From: Alphaproteobacteria bacterium
GTDB lineage: Bacteria; Pseudomonadota; Alphaproteobacteria; Caedimonadales; UBA1908
DNA length: 64,000 nt
Assembly (NCBI GenBank): GCA_013911655.1
Contig: JACESU010000002.1
Span: forward strand, 330,112 to 394,111
Reading direction: 5' to 3'
Shown: positions 28,660 through 38,704 of the stretch, piece after piece
How positions within the stretch are numbered: position 1 is the first letter of the stretch
Layout: each line of letters starts with the position of its first letter
Position numbers and translations under genes: made by a program
Notes under the pieces: generated by a model
Databases searched by the model: none
What the model was told of the DNA's origin: nothing
Seen by the model: only the letters and a program-made list of their open reading frames with translations

Positions 28660-30000
28660 ATGTTGCTAGAACTGATGGATTTGTTCAAAGAATCCCTATC
28701 CTTATTCCTTACGGTGCCCGCCATTGTGATTGCGGGTTTTTATTTTTCATGGCGTCTGCGCTGGGTGCAGTTTAGTCATTTAAAAAGCGCACTATCGCTC
28801 ATTACGCCCAAGAAAAAAGAAGGGGGTATTTCTTCCTTTGGGGCAGTTGCAGCGGTGCTGGGGGGGAATCTTGGAACTGGAAACGTGGCGGGCGTGGCTG
28901 TTGCTCTGACCATGGGAGGTCCAGGCGCCTTATTTTGGATGTGGGTGATGGCGTTTTTGACCGCGTCCTTGAAGTTTGCCGAATGCTTTTTAGGGGTGAG
29001 TTACCGTACTAAAAACAGCAAGGGTGAATATGTAGGCGGGCCTATGTATTACCTGGCCCAGGGCATCAACAAGCCTTTTATTGCCAAAGCCTTTGCCCTT
29101 TTTACCATCTTTGCGGCCCTGACAGGAGGGACCCTTGTACAGGTGAACTCCATGTCCCTTCCCTTAAAAGAGGCGGGCTATAACCCCCTTATTATGGGCG
29201 GTGTCATGGCGGTCATTGTGGCGGCAACGGTTCTGGGTGGCATGAAGCGCTTTGTGTTGGTGGTGACGTCCATTGTGCCCGTTATGGCGGTCGCCTATAT
29301 TGGCGCGTGCCTTTATGTAATCGTTAGTCACGCGTCCCAAGTGCCGGATGCTTTTGGGCTTATTGTCCGATCAGCCTTTGGGCTAGAGCCTGTGGTGGGT
29401 GGTTTTGCTGGATGCGCGGCATTCCAAGCCATGCGCACAGGCTTTGATCGTGCCCTATTCGCAACGGAGTCCGGGCTTGGCCTTGCTTCTATTTTACACG
29501 CCCCCGTAACAAGCCCCACGAGAGAGTTTCCCAATCCCATCGCCCAGGGCATCATCAGTATTTTCTCGCCCATGATCGTGGTGGTGGTGACGTCCCTCAC
29601 GGGTCTTGTGCTCCTTGTCACTAATGTGTGGCAAGACACGAACCTTCTTAGCACCAACCAATGTACTGAAGCTTTTTGTGTGGGGCTGAATTGGGGGGAT
29701 GCTAGCTACTTCTTGATGACAACGCTTTTCTTTTTTGCGTTCACAACGACTATTGCGTGGGCTTTTTGTGCAGACCGCGCCGTTGAGTTTCTTTTTGGCG
29801 AAAAGGGTGTCCGCCCTTTTCAATGGCTTCTTATTGCCGTGGTGCCTTTTGGGGCGATTCTGTCGGTCAGTTTTGTGTGGTGGCTTATGGACGTGTGCTT
29901 GAACATCATGTTGCTTTTGAATCTTGTGGGGCTTTTTATGATGAGGACACAAATCCTTGAGGCTGCACGTGCAAGCCTTTGGACTTTTAAAAAGAAATAA
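28660..30000 (+). CDS. Alanine/glycine:cation symporter (AGCS family)
   Basis: GTGNVAGVA, GGPGALFWMW, GGPMYY, ESGLG; AGGAG RBS before ATG 28660. Confidence 0.93.
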   Translation: MLLELMDLFKESLSLFLTVPAIVIAGFYFSWRLRWVQFSHLKSALSLITPKKKEGGISSFGAVAAVLGGNLGTGNVAGVAVALTMGGPGALFWMWVMAFLTASLKFAECFLGVSYRTKNSKGEYVGGPMYYLAQGINKPFIAKAFALFTIFAALTGGTLVQVNSMSLPLKEAGYNPLIMGGVMAVIVAATVLGGMKRFVLVVTSIVPVMAVAYIGACLYVIVSHASQVPDAFGLIVRSAFGLEPVVGGFAGCAAFQAMRTGFDRALFATESGLGLASILHAPVTSPTREFPNPIAQGIISIFSPMIVVVVTSLTGLVLLVTNVWQDTNLLSTNQCTEAFCVGLNWGDASYFLMTTLFFFAFTTTIAWAFCADRAVEFLFGEKGVRPFQWLLIAVVPFGAILSVSFVWWLMDVCLNIMLLLNLVGLFMMRTQILEAARASLWTFKKK

Positions 30001-30021
30001 GAGAAGGGAGAGAAAATTAAA

Positions 30022-30107
30022 TGGTGCGGTCGAGAAGACTCGAACTTCCACGGATAAAATCCACAGCGACCTCAACGCTGCGCGTCTACCAATTCCGCCA
30101 CGACCGC
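30022..30107 (-). tRNA. tRNA-Leu (anticodon GAG)
   Basis: Reverse complement GCGGTCGTGGCGGAATTGGTAGACGCGCAGCGTTGAGGTCGCTG..GTTCGAGTC..GACCGCACCA: D-arm, CAGCG-TTGAGGT-CGCTG anticodon arm, long variable arm, TTC loop, CCA end. Confidence 0.97.
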
Positions 30108-30146
30108 ACTCGGTATGCCTCCTTATTTGGCGAAAAAGCGCTCTAA

Positions 30147-30833
30147 ATGCAAGAAAAAAATGAAGGGGCCATAAAAGATTTTTTTTGCGCCCCCCTTAAA
30201 AGGCGTCTTGACACCGAAAAACCCCAGTGGTTGATGGCGGCGAGTCCCATTTCTTATCCAGACGCGCTTTCGGTCATGGATCAGCGCGTGGAAGAGATTG
30301 TAACAGGCGCGGCCCCAGAACTTGTCTGGTCGCTCGAGCATCCCCACGTCTATACCCTTGGCACAAGCGGACAGTCATCAGAGGTGCTGCGTCTTGATGT
30401 GCCTTTTTTTGAAACGGGGCGGGGCGGTAAAGCAACCTATCATGGTCCTGGACAGCGCGTGGTGTATGTGATGCTTGATCTACGTGCCCGTACCCAAGAC
30501 CTGCGGGCATACGTGTGGCACCTTGAAGAGTGGCTTATTAAGACGCTCTGTCTTTTTGACATAGAGACCGAGCGGCGTGAGGGACGCGTGGGGCTTTGGG
30601 TCACGGATAGGGGGCACGAAAAAAAAATTGCCGCCATTGGCGTCAGAGTCCGCAAGTGGATCACCTTTCATGGTATCGCCCTTAATGTGGCGCCTGATAT
30701 TTCCTATTTCCAAGGGATTATCCCGTGCGGCCTTTCGCAGTACGGGGTAACCTCTATTGCCGATCTTCGCCCTCATGTGACAGCCGATCAAGTAGACGCA
30801 GCACTTTATAAGACTTTTTTCCAAGTTTTTTAA
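30147..30833 (+). CDS. lipB: Lipoyl(octanoyl) transferase
   Basis: LEHPHVYTLG, RGGKATYHGPGQRV.Y, KIAAIG, HGIALNV, IIPCG. Confidence 0.96.
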   Translation: MQEKNEGAIKDFFCAPLKRRLDTEKPQWLMAASPISYPDALSVMDQRVEEIVTGAAPELVWSLEHPHVYTLGTSGQSSEVLRLDVPFFETGRGGKATYHGPGQRVVYVMLDLRARTQDLRAYVWHLEEWLIKTLCLFDIETERREGRVGLWVTDRGHEKKIAAIGVRVRKWITFHGIALNVAPDISYFQGIIPCGLSQYGVTSIADLRPHVTADQVDAALYKTFFQVF

Positions 30834-30949
30834 CTTATTTTGTGTCATAAAGGGGATGAGATAGCAGACTGTTATGAAAAAAGGGCGGTTTTCTGCCCCG
30901 ATGCAGTGCGATTAAAAGGCTTTATTAAGAAAACGGCGAGTTTAGACAT

Positions 30950-32776
30950 ATGACAGATATTAGAAATGTGGCCATTATTGCCCACGTTGACCATGGTAAG
31001 ACGACCCTTGTGGACGTCATGTTCCAACAAGGCGGGGCGTTTCGTAGTCACCAAACCGTTGCCAAGCGCGCCATGGACTCCAACGACTTGGAAAAAGAGC
31101 GCGGGATCACCATTTTGGCTAAGTGCACCTCCATCGAGTGGAGCGGACACCGCTTAAACATCGTGGACACCCCAGGACACGCGGACTTTGGTGGAGAGGT
31201 CGAGCGAATCCTGAGTATGGTGGACGGTGTGATCCTTCTTGTGGACGCGGCTGAAGGCCCTATGCCCCAGACAAAGTTCGTATTGATGAAGGCGTTGGCG
31301 CTCGGCCTTCGTCCTATTTTGGTGGTGAACAAGGCCGATCGTCCCGATTCCAGAGCCGATGAAGTTGTCAACGAAGTCTTTGACCTATTCGTGTCCTTGG
31401 ACGCCACAGAAGAGCAATTAGAGTTCCCCATTTTGTACGCTTCTGCCAAGGAAGGCTGGGCTGTACACAAGCTGACAGAGCCGCGCACGGACATTAAGCC
31501 TTTGCTTGATACGGTGCTTTCCCACGTACCAAAACCCCAAGTGGACATAGATGCACCTTTCAAGATGCTTGTGACCATGCTTGATGTGGATCCTTATTTG
31601 GGACGCATCTTGACGGGCCGTGTTGAAAGCGGTATTGCCAAAACCCAAATGATGGCCAAAGCCTTGACGCATGATGGTCAGCACATTGAAGACACCCGTA
31701 TTACCAAGATTTTTGCGTACCGGGGGTTGAAGCGTGAGCCCATTGAAACTGCTGAGGCTGGCGACATTATTGCCGTTGCCGGTTTTGAAAAGGCAACGGT
31801 TTCCCATACGCTTGGGACCTCTGACATGACAGAGCCGCTGCCAGCACAGCCCATCGACCCGCCCACCTTGTCCATGACCTTTACCATTAACGACTCGCCT
31901 TTGGCAGGCCGCGAAGGTAAAAGTGTGACCTCACGTCTGTTGCAAGAGCGTCTTTTCAGGGAAGCCGAAAGCAACATCGCCATTCAAGTGCGTCAAAGCG
32001 AAGAAAAGGACGCCTTTGAGGTCGCAGGACGTGGTGAGTTGCAACTGGGTGTTTTGATTGAAACCATGCGCCGTGAAGGATTTGAGCTTTCCGTTAGCAG
32101 GCCTCAAGTGGTTTACCGCAAGGATCCTGAAACGGGTAAGCGCCTTGAGCCCTTTGAAGACGTTCAGATTGACGTGGACGAGGAATTCTCGGGCGTTGTG
32201 ATGGAAAAAATGGGTCTTCGCAAGGGTGAGCTTACCAATATGCGTCCCTCTGGTGGCGGTAAGATTCGCCTCAGCTTTGTGGTGCCCTCCAGGTCTCTCA
32301 TTGGTTACTTGGGCGAGCTTTTGACGGACACCAAGGGAACCGCCATTATGAGCCGCCTTTTCCACGGCTACGGCCCTTATAAGGGCGCTCTTGAAGGTCG
32401 TCGTAACGGCGTTCTTATTGCCAACTCCACAGGAAAGGCGGTCGCGTATGCTCTCTTTAACCTTGAGGACCGCGGGGTTTTCTTCATCGAACCAGGTGAG
32501 GACGTGTACGAGGGCATGATCATCGGTGAAAACAATCGTAACAATGATCTTGAGGTAAACCCCTTGAAGGCCAAGCAGCTGAGCAACGTGCGCGCGTCTG
32601 GTAAGGATGACGCCGTCAGGCTCACCCCCCCGAAGCGTCTGCGCCTTGAAGAAGCCCTTTCTTATATCGAAGATGACGAACTTGTGGAGGTAACACCTTC
32701 ATCCCTTCGTCTTCGCAAGCGTTTCCTTTTGGCACACGAACGCAAGCGCGCGTCTCGTTCATCAGACGACGCGTAA
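30950..32776 (+). CDS. typA: Translational GTPase TypA/BipA
   Basis: IAHVDHGKTT, ERGITILAK, DTPGHADFGGEVER, GRGELQL. Confidence 0.97.
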   Translation: MTDIRNVAIIAHVDHGKTTLVDVMFQQGGAFRSHQTVAKRAMDSNDLEKERGITILAKCTSIEWSGHRLNIVDTPGHADFGGEVERILSMVDGVILLVDAAEGPMPQTKFVLMKALALGLRPILVVNKADRPDSRADEVVNEVFDLFVSLDATEEQLEFPILYASAKEGWAVHKLTEPRTDIKPLLDTVLSHVPKPQVDIDAPFKMLVTMLDVDPYLGRILTGRVESGIAKTQMMAKALTHDGQHIEDTRITKIFAYRGLKREPIETAEAGDIIAVAGFEKATVSHTLGTSDMTEPLPAQPIDPPTLSMTFTINDSPLAGREGKSVTSRLLQERLFREAESNIAIQVRQSEEKDAFEVAGRGELQLGVLIETMRREGFELSVSRPQVVYRKDPETGKRLEPFEDVQIDVDEEFSGVVMEKMGLRKGELTNMRPSGGGKIRLSFVVPSRSLIGYLGELLTDTKGTAIMSRLFHGYGPYKGALEGRRNGVLIANSTGKAVAYALFNLEDRGVFFIEPGEDVYEGMIIGENNRNNDLEVNPLKAKQLSNVRASGKDDAVRLTPPKRLRLEEALSYIEDDELVEVTPSSLRLRKRFLLAHERKRASRSSDDA

Positions 32777-32784
32777 AACGCGTA

Positions 32785-32837
32785 CTAAACAAAAAGCCCC
32801 CACACAGTTTGCTACTGTGTGGGGGCTTTTTGTTTAG
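32785..32837. terminator. Long bidirectional terminator (24-bp perfect stem)
   Basis: CTAAACAAAAAGCCCCCACACAGT-N5-ACTGTGTGGGGGCTTTTTGTTTAG between convergent genes. Confidence 0.85.
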
Positions 32838-33538
32838 AGTGTATGGTGCAAACGATCCCGTACTCTATATATGATTTCCCAAAAAGAGCTTGTATCTGTG
32901 ATCGCGTTATAAGTTGTGGATGTGTAATATTTTGACAAAATCTTTTCTTGATCACCTTTTCCTAAAAATTTCTGTGCAATTAAAGGATTAGAATCTTTTA
33001 TAACAACACGTTTGAGGTGCGGCAGTGAGCCACTTTCGTGTGCTTTTGGGATGTAACTTGCTAAGATCAGTTTCAGGGCAGAAGCAACCGTCACGGCGTA
33101 ATCCTTTTGCTTGCGGGCGTCATGCTCTTCAAAGACAAGGAGTTCCAAGGTTTGATCATTTCCCAGGCGTACCGGGATTTTTGCGTAAATGTTTTGGGGC
33201 AAGGTTTCGGAAGAGAGCTCTTTATTCGAGGCTTGGCTAGGCGTTACCACAAACGACTGGACTGCAGCGTTAGAAGGCGAGTACCAGTAATAACTTTGAT
33301 GCAAAATCGCCCGGGGGCTTAACATCTCCACAGTACCTAAAGACAGACTTGTAGATAGTGGATGGCTACGTCTCACCTGATTGGCAAACATCTCTTCAAC
33401 TAAAATATAGCTTTCATTTTTAAAGACAGATCCTTTTTGAAGGCGCTCCTTTTGTTCAAGAGGCACGTCATAAGGATTGGTCGCACAAAGAGAGGTTGAG
33501 GTGAAATAAATTAAAAAAAAGATAAGACGATAACCCAT
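32834..33538 (-). CDS. Exported hypothetical protein (tandem paralog of 33769-34482)
   Basis: Signal MGYRLIFFLIYFTSTSLCA; shares KG.VF.N.SY, YAKIPV, DYA.T, SYIP.A and LK..VI.D with its neighbour. Confidence 0.75.
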   Translation of the reverse strand: MGYRLIFFLIYFTSTSLCATNPYDVPLEQKERLQKGSVFKNESYILVEEMFANQVRRSHPLSTSLSLGTVEMLSPRAILHQSYYWYSPSNAAVQSFVVTPSQASNKELSSETLPQNIYAKIPVRLGNDQTLELLVFEEHDARKQKDYAVTVASALKLILASYIPKAHESGSLPHLKRVVIKDSNPLIAQKFLGKGDQEKILSKYYTSTTYNAITDTSSFWEIIYRVRDRLHHTL

Positions 33539-33768
33539 GAAGCACTCCTTTTATTTTCTAGCTAACACTCTATTATGTCAATAAAAGGGGGAGTCAACGC
33601 AAGTATGTAATTTAATAAAAATGCCTTATTGGTAGAATTAAAAAAGAAGAGTTGCGAAGAAAAAAGTTTCCTATCCTAGAACAGACGACCTCTAGACAAA
33701 ACGGATAAGAAAAGAGATTGGGTGACCTCGCCCACGGATGGGTGTGTGAGGCCACCCAAAGATGTTTG

Positions 33769-34482
33769 TTATGTCCTAGTAGCTTTAAAAGCGTAGGAGA
33801 GTGACCAATATGGTGCTCCCTCACAGGTAAAGTTTGGTAAGTCATATTGTGCTGACAGGGCGGTTCCAACAGGACTGTCTTCATGTCGAAGTATTTCTGC
33901 AAGCGACTGGCTTCTGTCACGAATGACGATGGTCTTCAAAGAAGAGACAGTGCCGTTATGGTAGGCTGCTGGGATGTATGAGCAAAGAATATACTCAAGG
34001 CCATGGGCGATGGTTTGGGCGTAGTCAGCGCGTGTTAGCGCATCTTTGACATCAAAAATTAAGATCTCGATTTCTGATGCGGTTGCGTTCAAAGGCACAG
34101 GAATTTTGGCATAAACCGTAGAAGAAACACGGTCTGTATTGGGCGCGTCGATACAAAGAGTATGAGTGTTAGGTGTGAGGTTAAAAGACTTAATGGCGTC
34201 CGTCGCGGATTTTTTAGTAAAATAGTTATTATGTACAATGACGTTTGGGTGCAAGAACTCGATGGAGGCAAGGCACAAAGTGCTGGAGGCAGGTCTATGC
34301 GTGATCCGCGCGTTTTCGCCTTCAAAGACTTCTTTGTAAAGGGTATAGCTTTGATTTTCAAAAACCGTGCCTTTTTTGCTGTATGGCATACGGGCAATGG
34401 GGCTTTCTTCTTGTTCATCGGACGCTTTTAAACAAGGGCAAAGCAAGAAGGCAAAGGCCATAAAATAGGCAAGTTTTGTCAT
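33769..34482 (-). CDS. Exported hypothetical protein (tandem paralog of 32834-33538)
   Basis: Likely start ATG 34482 (MTKLAYFMAFAFLLCPCLKAS) after a GGAG RBS; colinear similarity to its neighbour. Confidence 0.75.
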   Translation of the reverse strand: MTKLAYFMAFAFLLCPCLKASDEQEESPIARMPYSKKGTVFENQSYTLYKEVFEGENARITHRPASSTLCLASIEFLHPNVIVHNNYFTKKSATDAIKSFNLTPNTHTLCIDAPNTDRVSSTVYAKIPVPLNATASEIEILIFDVKDALTRADYAQTIAHGLEYILCSYIPAAYHNGTVSSLKTIVIRDRSQSLAEILRHEDSPVGTALSAQYDLPNFTCEGAPYWSLSYAFKATRT

Positions 34483-34598
34483 AAAAATCTCCAGTTGTGT
34501 GAATTGATTGCGCGTAACCCTGACAAAAATAAGGCAAAAATGCAAGGTTCAATTTTCAGGAAGTGCTCCTTATCCTTCAAGCGCCTTGATAGAAGGAT

Positions 34599-35432
34599 TT
34601 GAGATATGATACGCAAGAGAAAATAAACGTGATGACGATTGGTCCCATGCACAAGAACACGCTTTTTTATTGGAATGAAAATGCCGAGGTGTGGAGCGCG
34701 CATATGGGTGAAGGAAGCCCCTTTCAAAGGGCCCTTGTTGAGCCTAAGACGCTCGAATTTCTCGATGTATCACCAAAGCTTTCTGTTTTGGATTTAGCGT
34801 GCGGGAACGGTCAAATGTCACGGCGCCTTACGGGGCTTGGCGCGCGCGTTGTGGGGGTGGACGGATCTGAAAAAATGATCGCCGAGGCAAGAGCCTTTGA
34901 AGGGGAATCCGAACCTGACTATTACGTGGCGGATCTGACCAAAAAGGACGCGCTGTCCTTCATTGGGGATGAGACGTTCGAGCGCGTGCTGTGTAATATG
35001 GCCTTGATGGATATCGAAGAAATTGAGCCTGTTTTTTCGCTCGCACGCCGTGTGCTAAAACCTCAAGGCGTCTTTGTCTTTTCTATTACGCACCCGTGTT
35101 TTGACAAAGCCGTGGGGAATCACCTCACAGAACTTGAAGAAAAAGAAGGGACACTTCACATGCGCCGCTTTATTAAAATTGAGCGGTATCTTTCCTCTTC
35201 AACGCTGACAACCAAGGCTCTTCCGTCTTTGCCGTCATCTCACTTTTTCTTTCACCGATCACTCGAGACTTATTTAGGGGCGGCCTTTAAGGCAGGATTT
35301 GTTGTAAGTGACCTTGCCGAGCCAGCTTTTGGGCCAGATACGACGCTGACAGAGCACAAAGGGTGGCATCACCTTGCGGAAATTCCCGTAGTGCTTGTCG
35401 TCAAGCTTCAAAAGAAAGATCAAAGAAAATAG
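34599..35432 (+). CDS. Class I SAM-dependent methyltransferase
   Basis: VLDLACGNG, VGVDGS, NMALMD, LKPQG.FVFSITHPCF. Start may be 34632. Confidence 0.88.
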   Translation: MRYDTQEKINVMTIGPMHKNTLFYWNENAEVWSAHMGEGSPFQRALVEPKTLEFLDVSPKLSVLDLACGNGQMSRRLTGLGARVVGVDGSEKMIAEARAFEGESEPDYYVADLTKKDALSFIGDETFERVLCNMALMDIEEIEPVFSLARRVLKPQGVFVFSITHPCFDKAVGNHLTELEEKEGTLHMRRFIKIERYLSSSTLTTKALPSLPSSHFFFHRSLETYLGAAFKAGFVVSDLAEPAFGPDTTLTEHKGWHHLAEIPVVLVVKLQKKDQRK

Positions 35433-35472
35433 GAAAGGCCCCTGGCGCAAGGGCCTTTGTAATAAAGTGACC

Positions 35473-36396
35473 TTAACTTGTGTAAATCTCGACAAGCGCG
35501 TTCATAAGCTTCATGGCCTCTTCCTTTGATCGCTGGAAGGCGTTTCTGCCAATAATGGACCCGTGACCACCGCCTGCTTTGATGGCTTTGGCGTCATCAA
35601 TGACACTTTCATCGCTTTTACTCGCCCCGCCTGAGAAAATCACAAGGCGCTTTCCTTTAAAGGTACAATCCATCACGTGACGCACGCGCTCTTCAAGCAA
35701 GGTGAAGTTCTTTTTGTAACTCTTGTAAATTTCTGGTGATTCAGAGTACTCGAGATGGGGGGCAGGCAGCTTCACCTTGACAATATGAGCGCCCAAAAGT
35801 GCTGCCATATGGGCGCTGTAGGAAATAACGTCAAGGGCGGTTTCTCCTGCCTTGGACATGTTTCCGCGAGGATAAGCCCAGATGACCACAAGAAGACCGA
35901 AATCTTTGGCACGTTGGGAAATCTCGCGAATCTCTTCAAACAGGCTGTAAGTGTTGTCAGAGCCTGGGTAGATGGTAAACCCAATCCCCACGCATCCAAG
36001 ACGTAGCGCGTCATCAAGGTTGGAGGTTAGCGCTTGGTCCGCAAGAGAGCTTTCATGGGCAAAGCGCGTCATTTGGTTAGAGCTATTCATTTTCAGGATG
36101 AGGGGGATTTGCCCGGCAAAGGTGTCAGCGCCCGCTTCTAAAAGACCAAGGGGGGCTGCGTACGCCGAAAGTCCTGCATCAATGCCGAGCTTGAAAAGGT
36201 AGTGTGGGTCGAGCGCCTCTGGATTGGGGTAAAAACTGCGATCGGGGCCGTGCTCGAATCCTTGATCTACAGGCAGGATAATCAGGTTACCAGTACCGCC
36301 CAGACGGCCATGGTTCAAAAGACGGGCAAGGTTTGTTTTGACACCAGGTGTTTGACCTTCATACCAGGATAAGATTTCTTGAACGCGCGTCGTCAT
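35473..36396 (-). CDS. fbaB: Class I fructose-bisphosphate aldolase (DhnA/FbaB type)
   Basis: ILPVDQGFEHGP, GFTIYPGS, WAYPRG, LGAHIVKVK Schiff-base Lys, SIIGRNAFQR. Confidence 0.93.
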   Translation of the reverse strand: MTTRVQEILSWYEGQTPGVKTNLARLLNHGRLGGTGNLIILPVDQGFEHGPDRSFYPNPEALDPHYLFKLGIDAGLSAYAAPLGLLEAGADTFAGQIPLILKMNSSNQMTRFAHESSLADQALTSNLDDALRLGCVGIGFTIYPGSDNTYSLFEEIREISQRAKDFGLLVVIWAYPRGNMSKAGETALDVISYSAHMAALLGAHIVKVKLPAPHLEYSESPEIYKSYKKNFTLLEERVRHVMDCTFKGKRLVIFSGGASKSDESVIDDAKAIKAGGGHGSIIGRNAFQRSKEEAMKLMNALVEIYTS

Positions 36397-36699
36397 GGAT
36401 ATTTCCCTTTTCTGCTAATCTTCACCTTAACGCACTAGCTGACTTGGGAATGCATTTCAAGGGCCAAGGGTTTTATGTCATCATTTTGTTTATGACTGTG
36501 ACACCTTGACAGATGACTATACGCCTGCCATGAAAGAGGAGAGAACAGGGAGTTGATGACGATTTAGAGCCAGGTGGACACACAACAAAAAAAATCAGGT
36601 CTTGCTTTGTGAGTGAGAGTGACCCAAAATCGGCTCTGCGTCATGTAAGACGGCACAATGTCTTTAGGAAAAAGAGCCTTTTCCTAAGAGGGGTGTTCC

Positions 36700-37596
36700 A
36701 TGGATTGGGATAAGTTAAAAGTCTTTTATAGTGTGGCGCAAGTTGGGAGCTTTACGCGTGCTGCAGAACAACTGAATCTTAGCCAATCTGCCATCAGCCG
36801 GCAAATCAGCGGCCTTGAAGAGACCCTTGGTGCCCCCTTGTTTTATCGCCATGCACGCGGCCTTATTATGACGGAACAAGGTGACTTGCTTTATGATACC
36901 GTGCGTGACGTCTTTTTGCGTCTGGCGCTGACCGAGGCGATGATTAACGAAACAAAAGGTGCCCCCCAAGGACCTCTCAAGGTGACAACTTCTGTGGGGT
37001 TTGGCTCTTTGTGGCTGACGCCGCGGTTGGGTGATTTTTTAGAGACCTACCCCAATATCTCACTGAAGGTCATCCTAAGCGACGAGCCCCTTGATCTGCA
37101 TAACCGTGAGGCAGACATCAGTCTGACCCAAGAGCCTCCCCATCAGCCAGGTCTTTTAACGGTGCCACTTCCCCCTTATCGCCTTCGCATCTATGGGAGC
37201 CGGGAATATTTTGAAAAGCACGGCGTGCCCACAAAGCCCGAGGACTTGGATCAACATCGTTTGATTGTTTACGGCGATGACAGCCGGCACATGAACACAA
37301 AAATCAACTGGATTTTACATGTAGGCGCCAAACGAGGGCATGTGCGTAAGCCTTACCTGATTGTAAACAACGTTCACGCCATTTGTCAGGCTGTGCGTGC
37401 CGGGATTGGCCTTGCAGCCCTTCACCGATATGTGGTGGGTGATGACGGGTCCTTGGTCGAGGTCCTGCCTGACTTACCTGGCGGCAACATGCAGCGCTAT
37501 ATCGTTTATCCTCAGCAGCTAAGCCACTCTAAGCGGGTGCGGGCCTTTCGGGAGTTTCTGGAAAAGAAAGCTCTTGAAGATCAGCACACCCTTTAA
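36700..37596 (+). CDS. LysR family regulator, LsrB/VtlR-like
   Basis: MDWDKLKVF..GSFT.AA..LNLSQSAISRQI..LF.RHARGL..TEQG, typical of alphaproteobacterial LsrB/VtlR. Confidence 0.88.
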   Translation: MDWDKLKVFYSVAQVGSFTRAAEQLNLSQSAISRQISGLEETLGAPLFYRHARGLIMTEQGDLLYDTVRDVFLRLALTEAMINETKGAPQGPLKVTTSVGFGSLWLTPRLGDFLETYPNISLKVILSDEPLDLHNREADISLTQEPPHQPGLLTVPLPPYRLRIYGSREYFEKHGVPTKPEDLDQHRLIVYGDDSRHMNTKINWILHVGAKRGHVRKPYLIVNNVHAICQAVRAGIGLAALHRYVVGDDGSLVEVLPDLPGGNMQRYIVYPQQLSHSKRVRAFREFLEKKALEDQHTL

Positions 37597-37663
37597 CGCG
37601 TGTCCCGCGGTGCACTGGCACATGGAATGCACGGTGCTGGTCACTGCCAGAGCTTCCAAAGCT

Positions 37664-38659
37664 TTAATATGCTTCTTCCAAAAGCGCGTCCAAGGCGAGT
37701 AAGTCTTCAGGCATAGGGACCTTAAAGACAAGCATTTCGTCTGTTCTTGGGTGGCGCAGTTGTAATTCATACGCATGAAGGGCAGGCCTTTCGTCTTCGA
37801 GCAATAGCTCTTTTACGGCGTTCTTAAGGATCGGCGACACGCGGCGCGGCACACTGCCGTAAAGGGCGTCTCCTAAAAGGCCATGCCCCAAGGATGATAG
37901 GTGTACACGAATTTGATGAGTTCTGCCTGTTTTAAGATCACATTTGACAAGACTCGCGTTCAGGCCAAAGGTCTTTACAACAGTGTAAAGGGTTAAAGCG
38001 GCTTTGCCTCCATGGTGTTTGACGGCCATCTTTTGGCGGTGATGGGGGCTTCTCCCCAAAGGTTTATCGATACTACCTTGCAAGGGGTTGGGGAGTCCCC
38101 AGACATAAGCATAGTATCGTCTTGTGAGCGTTCGATCAGAAAACTGCGCCGTCAAAGATTGGTGAGACAAGTCATTCTTAGCCACAACCATAAGACCACT
38201 TGTCCCTTTATCAAGGCGGTGGACAATCCCAGGGCGTTCGATACCGCCAATGCCCGAAAGAGTACCCCCACAGTGGGCAAGGAGCGCGTTCACGAGAGTT
38301 TTGTCAGGATGACCGGGTGCTGGGTGCACCACAAGGCCTACAGGTTTGTTCAGGACAAGAATGTCATCATCTTCGAAGATGATGTCAAGATCCATGGACT
38401 GTGGGGTGAGTGTCATGGGTTTATTTTCTGGCACCGTTACATGGATTTTCATGCCGGCCTTGACCTTTAAGGACGCAGCAAGACACGGCGCGCCGTCCAC
38501 AAGGACATGACCTTCTTCAATGAGGCTTTTTAAGCGGGTGCGGCTAAGATCGGGCACGTTACTTTGCAAAATTGCATCAAGGCGTACTTTTGCCGTACCT
38601 TCTTCAAGGGTGAACTCAAAGGAATGTGCCATGGGGGTCGTGACTTTCTGTTCAAACAC
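37664..38659 (-). CDS. rluD: 23S rRNA pseudouridine synthase D
   Basis: S4 domain, NKPVGLVVHP, GIVHRLDKGTSG, TGRTHQIRVH. Start may be 38632. Confidence 0.93.
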   Translation of the reverse strand: MFEQKVTTPMAHSFEFTLEEGTAKVRLDAILQSNVPDLSRTRLKSLIEEGHVLVDGAPCLAASLKVKAGMKIHVTVPENKPMTLTPQSMDLDIIFEDDDILVLNKPVGLVVHPAPGHPDKTLVNALLAHCGGTLSGIGGIERPGIVHRLDKGTSGLMVVAKNDLSHQSLTAQFSDRTLTRRYYAYVWGLPNPLQGSIDKPLGRSPHHRQKMAVKHHGGKAALTLYTVVKTFGLNASLVKCDLKTGRTHQIRVHLSSLGHGLLGDALYGSVPRRVSPILKNAVKELLLEDERPALHAYELQLRHPRTDEMLVFKVPMPEDLLALDALLEEAY

Positions 38660-38704
38660 AAAAGGGGCTATGCGCCCCTTTTGTGTGGTTACATTAAAAC
38701 GCTC

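Noticed and set aside
30022-30107. tRNA as an integration site for a genomic island
   Set aside because: No integrase and no duplicated tRNA 3' end were seen; the flanks are housekeeping genes
36400-36699. Possible sRNA or riboswitch between fbaB and the LysR gene
   Set aside because: Only a short hairpin near the RBS; no recognisable Rfam-type motif
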